Part shown: one piece after another, positions 20,356-29,585 of the stretch
How the letters are laid out: each line of letters opens with the position of its first letter
Numbering within the stretch: position 1 is the first letter of the stretch
Source of the DNA: an uncultured Clostridia bacterium
Lineage (GTDB): Bacteria > Bacillota > Clostridia > Christensenellales > CAG-917
DNA: 64,000 bases
Assembly (NCBI GenBank): GCA_937885645.1
Contig: CALABJ010000029.1
Location: 52,679 to 116,678, forward strand
Reading direction: 5' to 3'
Notes under the pieces: generated by a model
Told to the model about the DNA's origin: nothing
Database searches by the model: none
The model's input: the letters and a program-made list of their open reading frames with translations, nothing else
Made by a program: the position numbers and the translations under genes

Positions 20356-21228
20356 TTAGCCGAAGAATGCTCTCACGTCTTCTGCAACCTTGTCGGGGCA
20401 ATCCACCATAGGTGAGTGTCCGCAAGCGGTGTAAGGAATGAGTGTTGCCTTGTCACCAAGGGCGTTGTAGTTGTCCATAACCATATAGTTGGGCACAACG
20501 TTATCGTGGTCTGCCATTGTCAATGCAACAGGACACTTGATGTCCTTGATTGTGCCATCACCCTTTCCGTAAGGGGTGTATTCATCGGACATATTGAGGT
20601 TTGCCAGTGCCCAGTCAAGGTCAACAATGTTGCGTTGCTTCATGGTTTCTGCCATCCAACGTTCACTTTGTTCTCTTGTAGGCTTTTCAACTGTGTAAAT
20701 GGTCATATCCCAAAGTGCGGTCATTGTGGGAGCATCACCCTTTGCCAACATATTGACAACAGGTGCAACTTGAAGGGGGTCAGTTGCCATCTCTTCTTTG
20801 CTTGCGTAAGGCTCGCCAGTTGACTTGAAGTTTTCCTTTTTGAACACGGGATATCCCTTCAATCCTGCGCCTTCAATGTCAAAGAACTTTTTGACCTTTT
20901 CAGGATACTTTGCACAAAGTTTGAGGCCTACGCCACCGCCGTTTGACCAGCCAACAAGATTGACTGCGCCAAGGTCAAGAGCATCAATAAATGCGCTGAC
21001 GTCGTCTGCCAACTCTTCAAGGGTGTCAAAGCGGTTGTTGTATGATGAATCGCCAAAGCCACGAAGGTCAACTGCCACGCAACGATAGTAGTCTTTCAAG
21101 CGTTCAATGAGGGGCTCAAAGTGGATTGATGAGGACATATTGCCGTGGATCATAAGGACGACGTCGCCCTTTCCGCAGTCAACGTATGCCAAAGTTTCTT
21201 TGCCGATTGAAATTGTTTTCTTTTCCAT
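20356..21228 (-). CDS. Alpha/beta-fold hydrolase
   Basis: 290 aa. HGN oxyanion region (LMIHGNMSS), nucleophile elbow GWSNGG, C-terminal catalytic His (CGHSP). Confidence 0.8.
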   Translation of the reverse strand: MEKKTISIGKETLAYVDCGKGDVVLMIHGNMSSSIHFEPLIERLKDYYRCVAVDLRGFGDSSYNNRFDTLEELADDVSAFIDALDLGAVNLVGWSNGGGVGLKLCAKYPEKVKKFFDIEGAGLKGYPVFKKENFKSTGEPYASKEEMATDPLQVAPVVNMLAKGDAPTMTALWDMTIYTVEKPTREQSERWMAETMKQRNIVDLDWALANLNMSDEYTPYGKGDGTIKDIKCPVALTMADHDNVVPNYMVMDNYNALGDKATLIPYTACGHSPMVDCPDKVAEDVRAFFG

Positions 21229-21284
21229 AATTTTCTCCTATTTAGGATAATATTGTTTTTGTTGTGTTTCCCTTTCCACCAATT

Positions 21285-22106
21285 TTACACGTTGATGCCG
21301 TCATCGTCAAGATTGATGAATCCGAGGGTGAGGGCTGCGTAGGCAGAGGGGCTTTCATACATGCTTGCGTGTCCGCTTCCGTTGATGGTCACGTATGAGC
21401 TATTTTTGATGTGTTGATGAAGTATGATTTGCTCGGTGGGAGGCACGAGGACGTCTTCACTTGCAGAGATGACAAGTGTAGGACAGGTGATTTCGTGGAG
21501 TCTGTCCACATAGTCGTAATCCCTTGAACTGTCTGTGAGGCGGATAAGTGCTTCAAGGACGTCTTCGCGGGAGAAGTATGCCTTCAAGGTCTTTTCTCTG
21601 CCGTCCATCCAGTCTGCTCTCTTTTCAAAGAATTCGGTGGAGTAAATCACGGGGATTGTGGTGAGATAGTAGGCAAAGCCGTCTTTGTGTTTTGCCACTT
21701 CATTCCAGCCGTCACCGATTTTTCTAAGCCAACTTGAGGTGCGACCTGCGGTGTTGGCAAGGACAAGACGGCGCACTCTGTCGGGGTGCTCCACTGCGTA
21801 TTGCACTGCGATTTCACCGCCGTAGGAAATGCCCATGACGTTGACCTTGTCGTAAGGAAGCACGTCCACAAGAGCATCCACAAGACGCACTTGAATTGAG
21901 TGGTCATAGCTTTCAGTCATACGATCGCTTCTGCCTTGGTCAAGGAAGTCCACAAGGATGAGAACGTTGTTTTTTGAGAAGTCCTTGATGAAAGGTTTCC
22001 AAGAGAGGGTTGACATCATGATGCCGTTGAGCACCACAAGGGGCTCTCCCTTTTCACCGTGGATTTCGTAATATACCTTTTTGCCTTCAAATACAAATTC
22101 TGCCAT
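21285..22106 (-). CDS. Alpha/beta-fold hydrolase
   Basis: 273 aa. Nucleophile elbow GISYGG and C-terminal GSGHASMYE. Confidence 0.8.
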   Translation of the reverse strand: MAEFVFEGKKVYYEIHGEKGEPLVVLNGIMMSTLSWKPFIKDFSKNNVLILVDFLDQGRSDRMTESYDHSIQVRLVDALVDVLPYDKVNVMGISYGGEIAVQYAVEHPDRVRRLVLANTAGRTSSWLRKIGDGWNEVAKHKDGFAYYLTTIPVIYSTEFFEKRADWMDGREKTLKAYFSREDVLEALIRLTDSSRDYDYVDRLHEITCPTLVISASEDVLVPPTEQIILHQHIKNSSYVTINGSGHASMYESPSAYAALTLGFINLDDDGINV

Positions 22107-22149
22107 AATTCACTTTTGGCGGACAGCCATTATATCTTTGTAAATTTGC

Positions 22150-22199
22150 AAAAACCGTAGTTTAATTCGCTTTTTTGTCTAGATAAACTGCGGTTTTTG
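22150..22199 (-). terminator. Possible terminator after the CoA-transferase gene
   Basis: 11-bp arms accgcagttta/taaactacggt with one mismatch and a 19-nt loop, followed by TTTTTG on the minus strand. Confidence 0.35.
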
Positions 22200-22207
22200 T
22201 GGTTTTA

Positions 22208-23512
22208 TTATTTGCCGATGATGCCGAGGCGGACTGCTTCTTCTCTAAGTCCCTCTCTGAATTTGGGGTGTGCAACAGAGATGATACGTTCAACTCTTTC
22301 CTTGATGCTTGTGCCACGGAGTGCAACACAACCATATTCTGTGACAAGATAGTCAACGTCGTTTCTTGACAAGGACACTGCTGCGCCGGGCTTCAATTGA
22401 CAGACGATTTTTGAGGTTTCTTCTCTTTCACCGGTGACAGGATTCTTGACCATTGCGGTTGAATACAGTGCGATGATTGAACGACCATTTCTTGACTTTT
22501 GTGCGCCCACTGCTGTGTCTGATTGACCGCCTGTGCCTGAGAATTGTTTTGAACCAATGCTTTCTGAACAGCATTGTCCAGTGAGGTCAACTTCGATTGT
22601 TGTGTTGATGGACACTTGATTGTCGTTTTGCATGATGACGTAGGGGTCGTTGACGTAGCCACCGTCAAGGATTGCCACTGAGGGGTTGTCGTCGATATAG
22701 TCGTAAAGTTCCTTGGGTCCCATTGCAAATGCTGCAACCATCTTGCCAACGTGAGTTTGTTTGCACTTGCCCGTGATGACCCCTGCCTTTGCCAACTTCA
22801 CCATACCGCTTGTGAGCATTTCGGTGTGGATGCCAAGGTCTTTCTTGTCCATAAGGCTTGCAGCAACTGCGTTGGGGATTCCGCCAATGCCAAGTTGGAT
22901 GCAGTCGCCGTCATTGATCATGCCTGCAATGATTTTGCCGATGGCAAGGTCCTTTTCGTTGGGCTCTGCGTCTGCAAGTTCAGGCATAGGATAATCCACT
23001 TCCACAACGTAGTCCACGTCGTCAAGGTGAAGTTGCACGTCACCAAAGGTTCTGGGTGCGTTGGGATTGATTTCAAGGATGACTGTCTTTGCTGCCTTGA
23101 TCATCTTCATTTCATAGGTGTTTGAAGTGGACAGTGACACGTAGCCGTGTTTGTCAGGCATTGATGCGATGCCCACGTAGATGTCGGGGGTGCGATAGCA
23201 AAGACGCTTTGTTGCTGCAAGGTGCAGGTGGTTGGGGATGAAAGACACGTTGCCGTTGGCTTGTGCTTTTCTGAGCAAAGGTGTATAGAACCAACCCTCT
23301 GTCGTGAATGAATCCTTATAGGCAGGATTTGCGATAAATTCGTATGCGCCCATAGGCAAGCAGTTGGACACCATGACGTCCTTGACTCTGTCTGCGATGG
23401 TGTGCAGATTGGTCATAAATTCTCTGCCTTCTGCTGCGCCAAGACCTGTGACGATATAATCTCCGCTCTTGACCAGGTCAAGTGCTTCGTTGATACTCAC
23501 GTATTTTGCCAT
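22208..23512 (-). CDS. Acetyl-CoA hydrolase/transferase family protein (4-hydroxybutyrate / short-chain acyl-CoA:acetate CoA-transferase-like)
   Basis: 434 aa. The N-terminus MAKYVSINEALDLVKSGDYIVTGLGAAEGREF and the overall length are typical of the Cat2/AbfT-type family. AGGAG RBS. Confidence 0.8.
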   Translation of the reverse strand: MAKYVSINEALDLVKSGDYIVTGLGAAEGREFMTNLHTIADRVKDVMVSNCLPMGAYEFIANPAYKDSFTTEGWFYTPLLRKAQANGNVSFIPNHLHLAATKRLCYRTPDIYVGIASMPDKHGYVSLSTSNTYEMKMIKAAKTVILEINPNAPRTFGDVQLHLDDVDYVVEVDYPMPELADAEPNEKDLAIGKIIAGMINDGDCIQLGIGGIPNAVAASLMDKKDLGIHTEMLTSGMVKLAKAGVITGKCKQTHVGKMVAAFAMGPKELYDYIDDNPSVAILDGGYVNDPYVIMQNDNQVSINTTIEVDLTGQCCSESIGSKQFSGTGGQSDTAVGAQKSRNGRSIIALYSTAMVKNPVTGEREETSKIVCQLKPGAAVSLSRNDVDYLVTEYGCVALRGTSIKERVERIISVAHPKFREGLREEAVRLGIIGK

Positions 23513-23648
23513 AATTTATCTCCTTATTCGCTTTCGCGTTCTATTCTGTTTTGCGTCGCCGTGAAACACATATCACTTTGACGCATATGGTGGCAGACAC
23601 ACTGCTATGAATCAAAACAATCGTCCACTGCCCCAAAGGGGCAGGGAC

Positions 23649-23668
23649 TTGTTTAAGCGCTTAAACAA
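23649..23668. promoter_or_regulatory. Perfect 20-bp palindrome TTGTTTAAGCGCTTAAACAA (candidate operator)
   Basis: The sequence is self-complementary over all 20 nt. It lies ~140 nt upstream of the CoA-transferase ATG. It resembles Rex-type TTGT..ACAA half-sites and has a cre/LacI-like AAGCGCTT core. Confidence 0.5.
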
Positions 23669-23717
23669 AGCATCTTTTTGTGAGAATTATGTTTGAACTT
23701 AAACTTATTTCTTGTCA

Positions 23718-23751
23718 CATTGCCCCACAAATGTGGGGCAATGCTTTTTTT
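23718..23751 (+). terminator. Hairpin plus T7 run oriented for the plus strand, just 3' of the SBP gene
   Basis: CATTGCCCCAcaaatgTGGGGCAATG followed by cttttttt. On the minus strand the hairpin has no U-tract, so it may stop antisense transcription, or act weakly for the operon. Confidence 0.4.
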
Positions 23752-23754
23752 AAA

Positions 23755-25239
23755 CTAGGCAATGAGGCCTCTGAGTGTTTCGATTGATGCAAGACCTGTG
23801 CCGGTGCTTACTGATGTTGCTGCACCATTGTAGTTGTACATCATTGAAAGACCAAATGCTTCGACGCCCTTTCTTGCTCCGCCTTGGTAGTTGATGCTGT
23901 CACCGAGTGCGATATGGAATGCTTTGGTTTCCATGATTTCGACATAGTTTGCTCTGGTGAGATCCTTGCCTGCTGCTTGGAGTTCTTTAAGGCCTTGGCA
24001 GAAGAGATCGCCTGCGATATAACCTGCCAGTGCATATGAGTCATAGCTCATTGCAAATGCGGTTGCTGCGCCCTTGCCTGCTGCGATTGCATAGTTGTAA
24101 ATGTTTTCTGCAATTCCCCAATATTCTTCGTTGAATCCAGCAACACCATTTGCATAGAGTGATGTGCCAAGGAGGGTGTCAAGTGCTTTGTATTCATTGA
24201 GAAGTGCGCTGCCACCTTCGGGGTTGTAAACGTAGGTTGTTGATGAAATGTCAATCCAGCCTTGGGTGTAAATGACCATCTTGGAGAGGATTTCTGCACC
24301 TTGTGCTGTGATGAGCTTTGTTGTTGCATCGTTGAACACTGCTGCACTTGCATTGTTGTAGCTGGTGAGGACGTTGCCCACATAGTTTGCATTTGAAAGT
24401 GCGGTGAGTGCTGCCATGTAATCTGCGCCGATTGTGGTGACGATGATGAGATCACATTGTGCTGCGACAAGTGCGTTTGCTGCTGCTGAGAAGTCTGAGC
24501 CTGCAACTTCTTGATAAACGATTGCGTTTCTCTTTGCTTCGGGAAGTCTGTTTGCTTCTTCTCTGATGCCTTGGAGCAATGACTTGCTTGCTTCATTGTT
24601 GTTTGCGATGACACCAACCTTGGTTGCGCCGAGGCCGCCTGTCAATGCATAACCAGTTGCTGAGTTTGCATCAGGCATTGCTGCTGCTGCGAATGCACGT
24701 GCGATGAGTGAGTTGCCTTCGGTGACGTTCAAAGGTTGAACGGGGAAGATAACCTTTTCTTCTGCTGTGTCTGCGTTTGCATTGTAGAGGCTGTCATTGC
24801 CTGCTGCTGCATAGATCATAGGAACTTTTTCTTCCTTGAGTGTGTCAAGGTTGACGTTGACTGCGTATGAACCGAAGTTGCCAACGATTGCGAAGACTTC
24901 GTCTTCGAAAATGAGTTGTTCCATGAGTGAAAGGCTCTTTGTTGAATCGCCGCCGTCATCAAGGTTCTTGAGTCTGACGCTCTTGCCGTTGAATCCGCCT
25001 TGTGCGTTGTATGCTGCAAATGCTGCTTCAATGCCAAGGTTGAAGGGTGCGCCGATTGTTTCGAGCGCGCCGGTGACGCCTGCTGTATTGCCAACCCAAA
25101 TTTCTGTGTCGGTCACGCCGAGAAGTGATTCTGTTTCGCCTGCGGGATCGTCGTTTGTGGGATTACATGCAGCAAAAAGGCCTACTGAGAGCATTACAAC
25201 AAGAAGCAATGAAATAATGCCAACTATTGTCTTTTTCAT
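23755..25239 (-). CDS. ABC transporter substrate-binding lipoprotein, LivJ/K (type I PBP) family, oversized
   Basis: 494 aa. Signal peptide with lipobox LFAAC. The body resembles branched-chain amino-acid/amide type binding proteins (IWVGNTAGVTGALETIGAPF...). Confidence 0.8.
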   Translation of the reverse strand: MKKTIVGIISLLLVVMLSVGLFAACNPTNDDPAGETESLLGVTDTEIWVGNTAGVTGALETIGAPFNLGIEAAFAAYNAQGGFNGKSVRLKNLDDGGDSTKSLSLMEQLIFEDEVFAIVGNFGSYAVNVNLDTLKEEKVPMIYAAAGNDSLYNANADTAEEKVIFPVQPLNVTEGNSLIARAFAAAAMPDANSATGYALTGGLGATKVGVIANNNEASKSLLQGIREEANRLPEAKRNAIVYQEVAGSDFSAAANALVAAQCDLIIVTTIGADYMAALTALSNANYVGNVLTSYNNASAAVFNDATTKLITAQGAEILSKMVIYTQGWIDISSTTYVYNPEGGSALLNEYKALDTLLGTSLYANGVAGFNEEYWGIAENIYNYAIAAGKGAATAFAMSYDSYALAGYIAGDLFCQGLKELQAAGKDLTRANYVEIMETKAFHIALGDSINYQGGARKGVEAFGLSMMYNYNGAATSVSTGTGLASIETLRGLIA

Positions 25240-25333
25240 ATTTTTCTCCTTTTTATCTTTATTAACACGATCATTCTCACAATGATGCGTATGTTTCTAT
25301 AATATCCTGCACTTGCGCAAGTGCAAGAAAACT

Positions 25334-26047
25334 TTATTTGCCGAGATATGCTGCAATCAGTCTTTCATCCTTGATGAGATCTTCTGCTTTTCCGTGCATG
25401 CTGATCTTGCCAAGTTCAAGGACATAAGCATAGTCGGCTATTTTCAAGGTTGAAAGAGCGTTTTGTTCAACGATAAGAATTGTTGTGCCTTCTTCCTTGA
25501 TTTTTACAAGAGTGTTGAAAATATCTTTTACCAGCAAAGGTGCAAGACCAAGTGAGGGCTCGTCAAGAATCAAAAATTCAGGACTTCCCATCAATGCTCT
25601 ACCAATTGCAAGCATTTGTTGCTCGCCACCAGACAGAGTTGATGCTTGTTGCTTTGCTCTTTCTTTAAGTCTAGGAAAGAGTGCATACACTCTTTCAAAG
25701 TTTTCCATAAGTTGCTTTTTGGACTTGATTTTGTAGCCACCGACACGAAGATTTTCTTCAACAGTGAGTCCAACAAGAACGTGTCTGCCTTCGGGAGATT
25801 GCATGATGCCCATCTTTGCAATTTTGAAGGAAGGCTTTCCGCCTATTGACTTGCCGTTGAAAATAATTTCGCCGGCAGTAGGTTTCAAAAGTCCAGAAAT
25901 AACTTTCAGGGTGGAAGTTTTTCCTGCGCCGTTTGCACCGAGGATTGCAACGATTTGTCCCTTTTCAACGGAGAGGTCAATGCCTTTCAACGCGGTGATA
26001 GGACCATAGTTCAGTTTCAAACCTTTGACTTGAAGGATTTCTGCCAT
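25334..26047 (-). CDS. livF: ABC transporter ATP-binding protein, LivF-like
   Basis: Walker A GANGAGKTS, signature LSGGEQQML, Walker B LILDEPS. ATG at 26047 (MAEILQVKGL) sits 1 nt after the livG stop and has a GGAGG RBS. The track start at 26098 is unlikely. Confidence 0.88.
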   Translation of the reverse strand: MAEILQVKGLKLNYGPITALKGIDLSVEKGQIVAILGANGAGKTSTLKVISGLLKPTAGEIIFNGKSIGGKPSFKIAKMGIMQSPEGRHVLVGLTVEENLRVGGYKIKSKKQLMENFERVYALFPRLKERAKQQASTLSGGEQQMLAIGRALMGSPEFLILDEPSLGLAPLLVKDIFNTLVKIKEEGTTILIVEQNALSTLKIADYAYVLELGKISMHGKAEDLIKDERLIAAYLGK

Positions 26048-26048
26048 A

Positions 26049-27587
26049 TTATTCAGCCTCCTTTTCGGTGTTTTCGGAGAGGGTTTCTTCCTCTTCATCT
26101 ACGCCCAAATATGCTTCTTGAACTGCCTTGTTCTTTTGGATTTCTTCTGTTGTGCCAATTGCAAGCATTTGTCCAAATGAAATTGCACAAACTGTGTCGC
26201 AGACATTCATGACAAGACCCATATCGTGCTCGACAAGGAGGATTGTCACACCAAATGTATCGCGGATTCTGCGGATTGTTTCGGTGAGCTCCTTGGTTTC
26301 TATGTCGTTGAGGCCTGCTGCGGGCTCGTCCATAATGATGAGTCTAGGACTTGCCATAAGTGCACGGGCAATTTCAACCTTTTTCAAAATGCCGTAAGGC
26401 AGACCCATTGCCAACCAGCCGGCATAGTTCTCAATGCCCATAAACTTCAAGATGCCCATTGCCTTTTGCTTGAAAATTCTCTCTTCCTTTTTGAGGAGGG
26501 GGAGTCCAATTGCATGGGCAAGTATGCCAGTACGATATGAACGTGTACATGCGACAAGCAGGTTTTCAAGGACTGAGATTTCTCTCACCAACTCAATGTT
26601 TTGGAATGTTCTTGAAATGCCTTGAAGGATGACATCGTGGACCTTGAAGTCGCGCATATCAACCACTTCACCGTGTTTATTCTCAAACAAAACATCTCCG
26701 CCAGTTGCATTATAAAAACGAGTGATGCAGTTGAACACTGTTGTCTTGCCTGCGCCGTTAGGGCCGATAAGACCAAAGATTTCCCCTTTCTTGACGTCAA
26801 AAGTGAGGTCGTCAACAGCTTTCAATCCGCCGAAATACATTTTGAGGTTTTTCACACTTAAAACCACGTCGTCAGCAACACCTTGTCTATCCTTTTCTTC
26901 TGTCTTAAAGGTTGCAATTTTTGCAGAGAGTTTCTCTGCCTTTGCGGTGAGAGTTGCTCTTTCCTTCTTCTTTGCTTCTTCAAGCTTTGTTGCGACTGCG
27001 ATACATGACTCCTCGTATTGCTTTTCAAGAGTTGCATTCAGTGCCACATATGCAGTTTCATCTGCGGTTGAGTTGTTCAACAAGAACTTTTCTTTTTCTG
27101 CTGAAAGCTTTTCTTCAAAAGCATTCCTCTTTTCACGAAGTACAGCCAGTTTTGCGGTGTGCTTTGCAAAAATTTCCGTCGTGTCCTCGCCCTTTGCAGT
27201 TGCTTTGAAGAGTGCTCTTGCGGTGCTTTGATTGACAGCACGATGACTCATATATGCACGCTTGTCAAAGCTTTGCATTTTGTCTGCAAGAAGTGCGTTG
27301 ATATATTCTTCCTTGTCGCAAGCATCAAAGGCGGGCTTTGCCAACTTTTTGTTGGCAGTGCGCACAAATGCATTTGCTTTTGCCTCTGCCTTCTTTGCGT
27401 ATTTTGCATCGAGTTCATCAATCTCAACATTGACAAACTCAAGATTTCTGCGCAGATTCATCAGTTGTTTATGCTCAAATCTCACAACCATCTTGTCCGC
27501 AGATGTCTTGATTGTTTCAGGCAAGGAAACAATTTTTTCCTTGAAGGAATTAGCCGATTGTGTGATTTTATCCCAAATCTTTGCCAT
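26049..27587 (-). CDS. livG: ABC transporter ATP-binding protein, LivG-like, with a ~240-aa N-terminal extension
   Basis: 512 aa. The C-terminal ~270 aa is the ATPase (GPNGAGKTTVFN, IIMDEPAAGL). The ATG at 27587 has AGGAGG 6 nt upstream and overlaps the livM stop by 20 nt. Confidence 0.85.
   Translation of the reverse strand: MAKIWDKITQSANSFKEKIVSLPETIKTSADKMVVRFEHKQLMNLRRNLEFVNVEIDELDAKYAKKAEAKANAFVRTANKKLAKPAFDACDKEEYINALLADKMQSFDKRAYMSHRAVNQSTARALFKATAKGEDTTEIFAKHTAKLAVLREKRNAFEEKLSAEKEKFLLNNSTADETAYVALNATLEKQYEESCIAVATKLEEAKKKERATLTAKAEKLSAKIATFKTEEKDRQGVADDVVLSVKNLKMYFGGLKAVDDLTFDVKKGEIFGLIGPNGAGKTTVFNCITRFYNATGGDVLFENKHGEVVDMRDFKVHDVILQGISRTFQNIELVREISVLENLLVACTRSYRTGILAHAIGLPLLKKEERIFKQKAMGILKFMGIENYAGWLAMGLPYGILKKVEIARALMASPRLIIMDEPAAGLNDIETKELTETIRRIRDTFGVTILLVEHDMGLVMNVCDTVCAISFGQMLAIGTTEEIQKNKAVQEAYLGVDEEEETLSENTEKEAE
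26868..27587 (-). other. Lys/Ala/Glu-rich predicted helical N-terminal domain of LivG
   Basis: Residues 1-240, for example AKYAKKAEAKANAFVRTANKKLAKP...AKHTAKLAVLREKRNAFEEKLSAEKEKF...KLEEAKKKERATLTAKAEKLSAKIATFKTEEK. Confidence 0.6.
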
Positions 27588-28665
27588 AACGTGCCTCCTT
27601 CAATTTTGATATCAATTTCTTGACCTTGACTTTTAATCCTGCAAAAAGTTGTGCGATACCACCGGGGTAGAACATAACAATCAAAATAACCAAAATGCCA
27701 GAAACAAATGTTATGATGACAGGATTTTCTGCAAAGAATTCAATCTTATTGAAAATGGTTGTTTGCATACCATACATGACAAACGTGCCAAATATTGCGC
27801 CCCAAATGGATTTGTAGCCGCCGATGATGACCGCCGCCAAGATGTTGAGTGATGTGATCAATGCATATGCACCCATACCATCAGTTGAGTCTGCTGAGCG
27901 GACAACGATCATATACATGACACCTGCAAGTGCTGCGAAGGCAGTGCTGATGACAAAGGCCAACAATCTGTATTTAATAAGACTGATGCCCATTGCTTGC
28001 GCTGCTGCGGTGCTGTTTTTCATTGCCAGCATAGCGCGTCCTGTGGGGCTGTTGATAAGGTTGTGCGTGATGAGCATAACCACAACAAGGGCAGCCATAA
28101 CAACGTATATGACGGATGCCCTAGGCAGTTTCATTCCAAAAATCAATGCTTCTGAGCTTGTAAGGGTGATTTTTGTTTCAACCGCCATAAAGACGTTTCT
28201 CAAAATTTCACTAAGACCAAGAGTCAAAATAACAAGATAAATGCCTTCAATTCTCAGTGAAATGAAACCTACTATCGCACCAATAACCACTGCAATCAAA
28301 AGGGCGACTATGATTGCCACTGTAAGAGGCAATCCGCTTTCCGCCATAACAAAGTGGACGGAATATGTGCCGATGCCAATAAAGCCACCAGTTGCCAGTG
28401 ATGCCAGACCTGAATAGCCCATCAGCAAACAGAAGCCCACTGCTGCTATTGAAAATGAGAAAGTTGTTGCAAGCGCAGATTGCCATGAATATGGCAAAAC
28501 TCTAAGTTCGGTGCTAAGATATCCAACAACGCACATCAAAACACCAAATATAATAAATTGCATTTGGGGTTTAAGCAATGTGTGTCTAATGTCGCCAGCA
28601 CTTACTTTTCTTTTGATGACAGATTGCCCTAAAAAGGCGTATTTGTTTGACAAGAATTTATTCAT
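27568..28665 (-). CDS. livM: Branched-chain-type ABC permease, LivM-like
   Basis: Polytopic membrane protein. ATG at 28665 (MNKFLSNKY) lies 1 nt after the livH stop. An alternative start is 28683. Confidence 0.82.
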   Translation of the reverse strand: MNKFLSNKYAFLGQSVIKRKVSAGDIRHTLLKPQMQFIIFGVLMCVVGYLSTELRVLPYSWQSALATTFSFSIAAVGFCLLMGYSGLASLATGGFIGIGTYSVHFVMAESGLPLTVAIIVALLIAVVIGAIVGFISLRIEGIYLVILTLGLSEILRNVFMAVETKITLTSSEALIFGMKLPRASVIYVVMAALVVVMLITHNLINSPTGRAMLAMKNSTAAAQAMGISLIKYRLLAFVISTAFAALAGVMYMIVVRSADSTDGMGAYALITSLNILAAVIIGGYKSIWGAIFGTFVMYGMQTTIFNKIEFFAENPVIITFVSGILVILIVMFYPGGIAQLFAGLKVKVKKLISKLKEARYGKDLG

Positions 28666-28666
28666 A

Positions 28667-29578
28667 CTACACCTTCTTTGCAATCTTTTTGCCGAAAATA
28701 CCTTGGGGCTTGAAGAAGATTATCACAAGTGAAATTGCATATACGATAACCATTGACCAGCCCGTAAGGTCGCTATGTCCAGTCACGTTGAACAAATAAA
28801 TGATGATGTTGTTGACAAGGGGGATCAAAAGTGCGCAAATGACAGGACCGTGGAAGGTTGAAAAACCGCCAAGGATGCCTGCAAGGAATGCTGTCACTTG
28901 GAAGTCTGTCATAAAATATGCCGACACTGCTCTGCCTAGTGTTGCATTCATAACTGCGGCCAGTGCACCAAGTGCGCCAGCAATGCCCCAAGAAACTGCC
29001 GTGACGACGTGGGTGTTGATGCCCATCATGCCAGCGACATATTCATTTGAAGCCGTTGCGCGAACTGACAAACCCCACTTGCTGAAACGAAGCAACACGA
29101 AAATAACAACCACCAAAACAACTGTTATTGCCGTGCAAATCAGTGAGTTTATTGTGACTGTAAAGGGGATTGCATCGCCAACATCTGCTGTCAAGTTGCC
29201 CATGACAAAAGGATCAATGGTAAATTGTTGAATTCCAAATATCAAAGGCATGACACCAGCCAAGACAGAAATGAGTCCCATTGTGATGATTTGTTTGCCC
29301 ACTGCATTGACGTATCTGCCACGACGGAAGATTCCCACGTCAATGAATGAAGCCAACACCATTGCCACAACCATAGCAATAGGAATTGCCGCATAAATTG
29401 GCAACCCTGCCTTCATAACCACTGAGGAAGCAACGTATGCACCAAACGCGGAAATAACACCTTGCGCAAAGTTTGTGGTGAATGACGTCCTAAAAATCAA
29501 GGTTATGGCAAGTGTCACCATTGCGGTCACGCACATAGGGACCAAAGATCCCATTATTGTGTTAAGAAAAAATGCCAT
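28667..29578 (-). CDS. livH: Branched-chain-type ABC permease, LivH-like
   Basis: 303 aa polytopic membrane protein, first gene of the permease pair. Confidence 0.82.
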   Translation of the reverse strand: MAFFLNTIMGSLVPMCVTAMVTLAITLIFRTSFTTNFAQGVISAFGAYVASSVVMKAGLPIYAAIPIAMVVAMVLASFIDVGIFRRGRYVNAVGKQIITMGLISVLAGVMPLIFGIQQFTIDPFVMGNLTADVGDAIPFTVTINSLICTAITVVLVVVIFVLLRFSKWGLSVRATASNEYVAGMMGINTHVVTAVSWGIAGALGALAAVMNATLGRAVSAYFMTDFQVTAFLAGILGGFSTFHGPVICALLIPLVNNIIIYLFNVTGHSDLTGWSMVIVYAISLVIIFFKPQGIFGKKIAKKV

Positions 29579-29585
29579 AAATTAA

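Noticed and set aside
24048-24617. A 189-codon Q/S/T-rich ORF in an alternative reading frame (same strand) within the substrate-binding protein gene. Similar shadow ORFs occur inside secA, recD2, adhE, the liv genes and nrdD.
   Set aside because: Same reasoning: compositional artefacts of the coding strand, with no start context.
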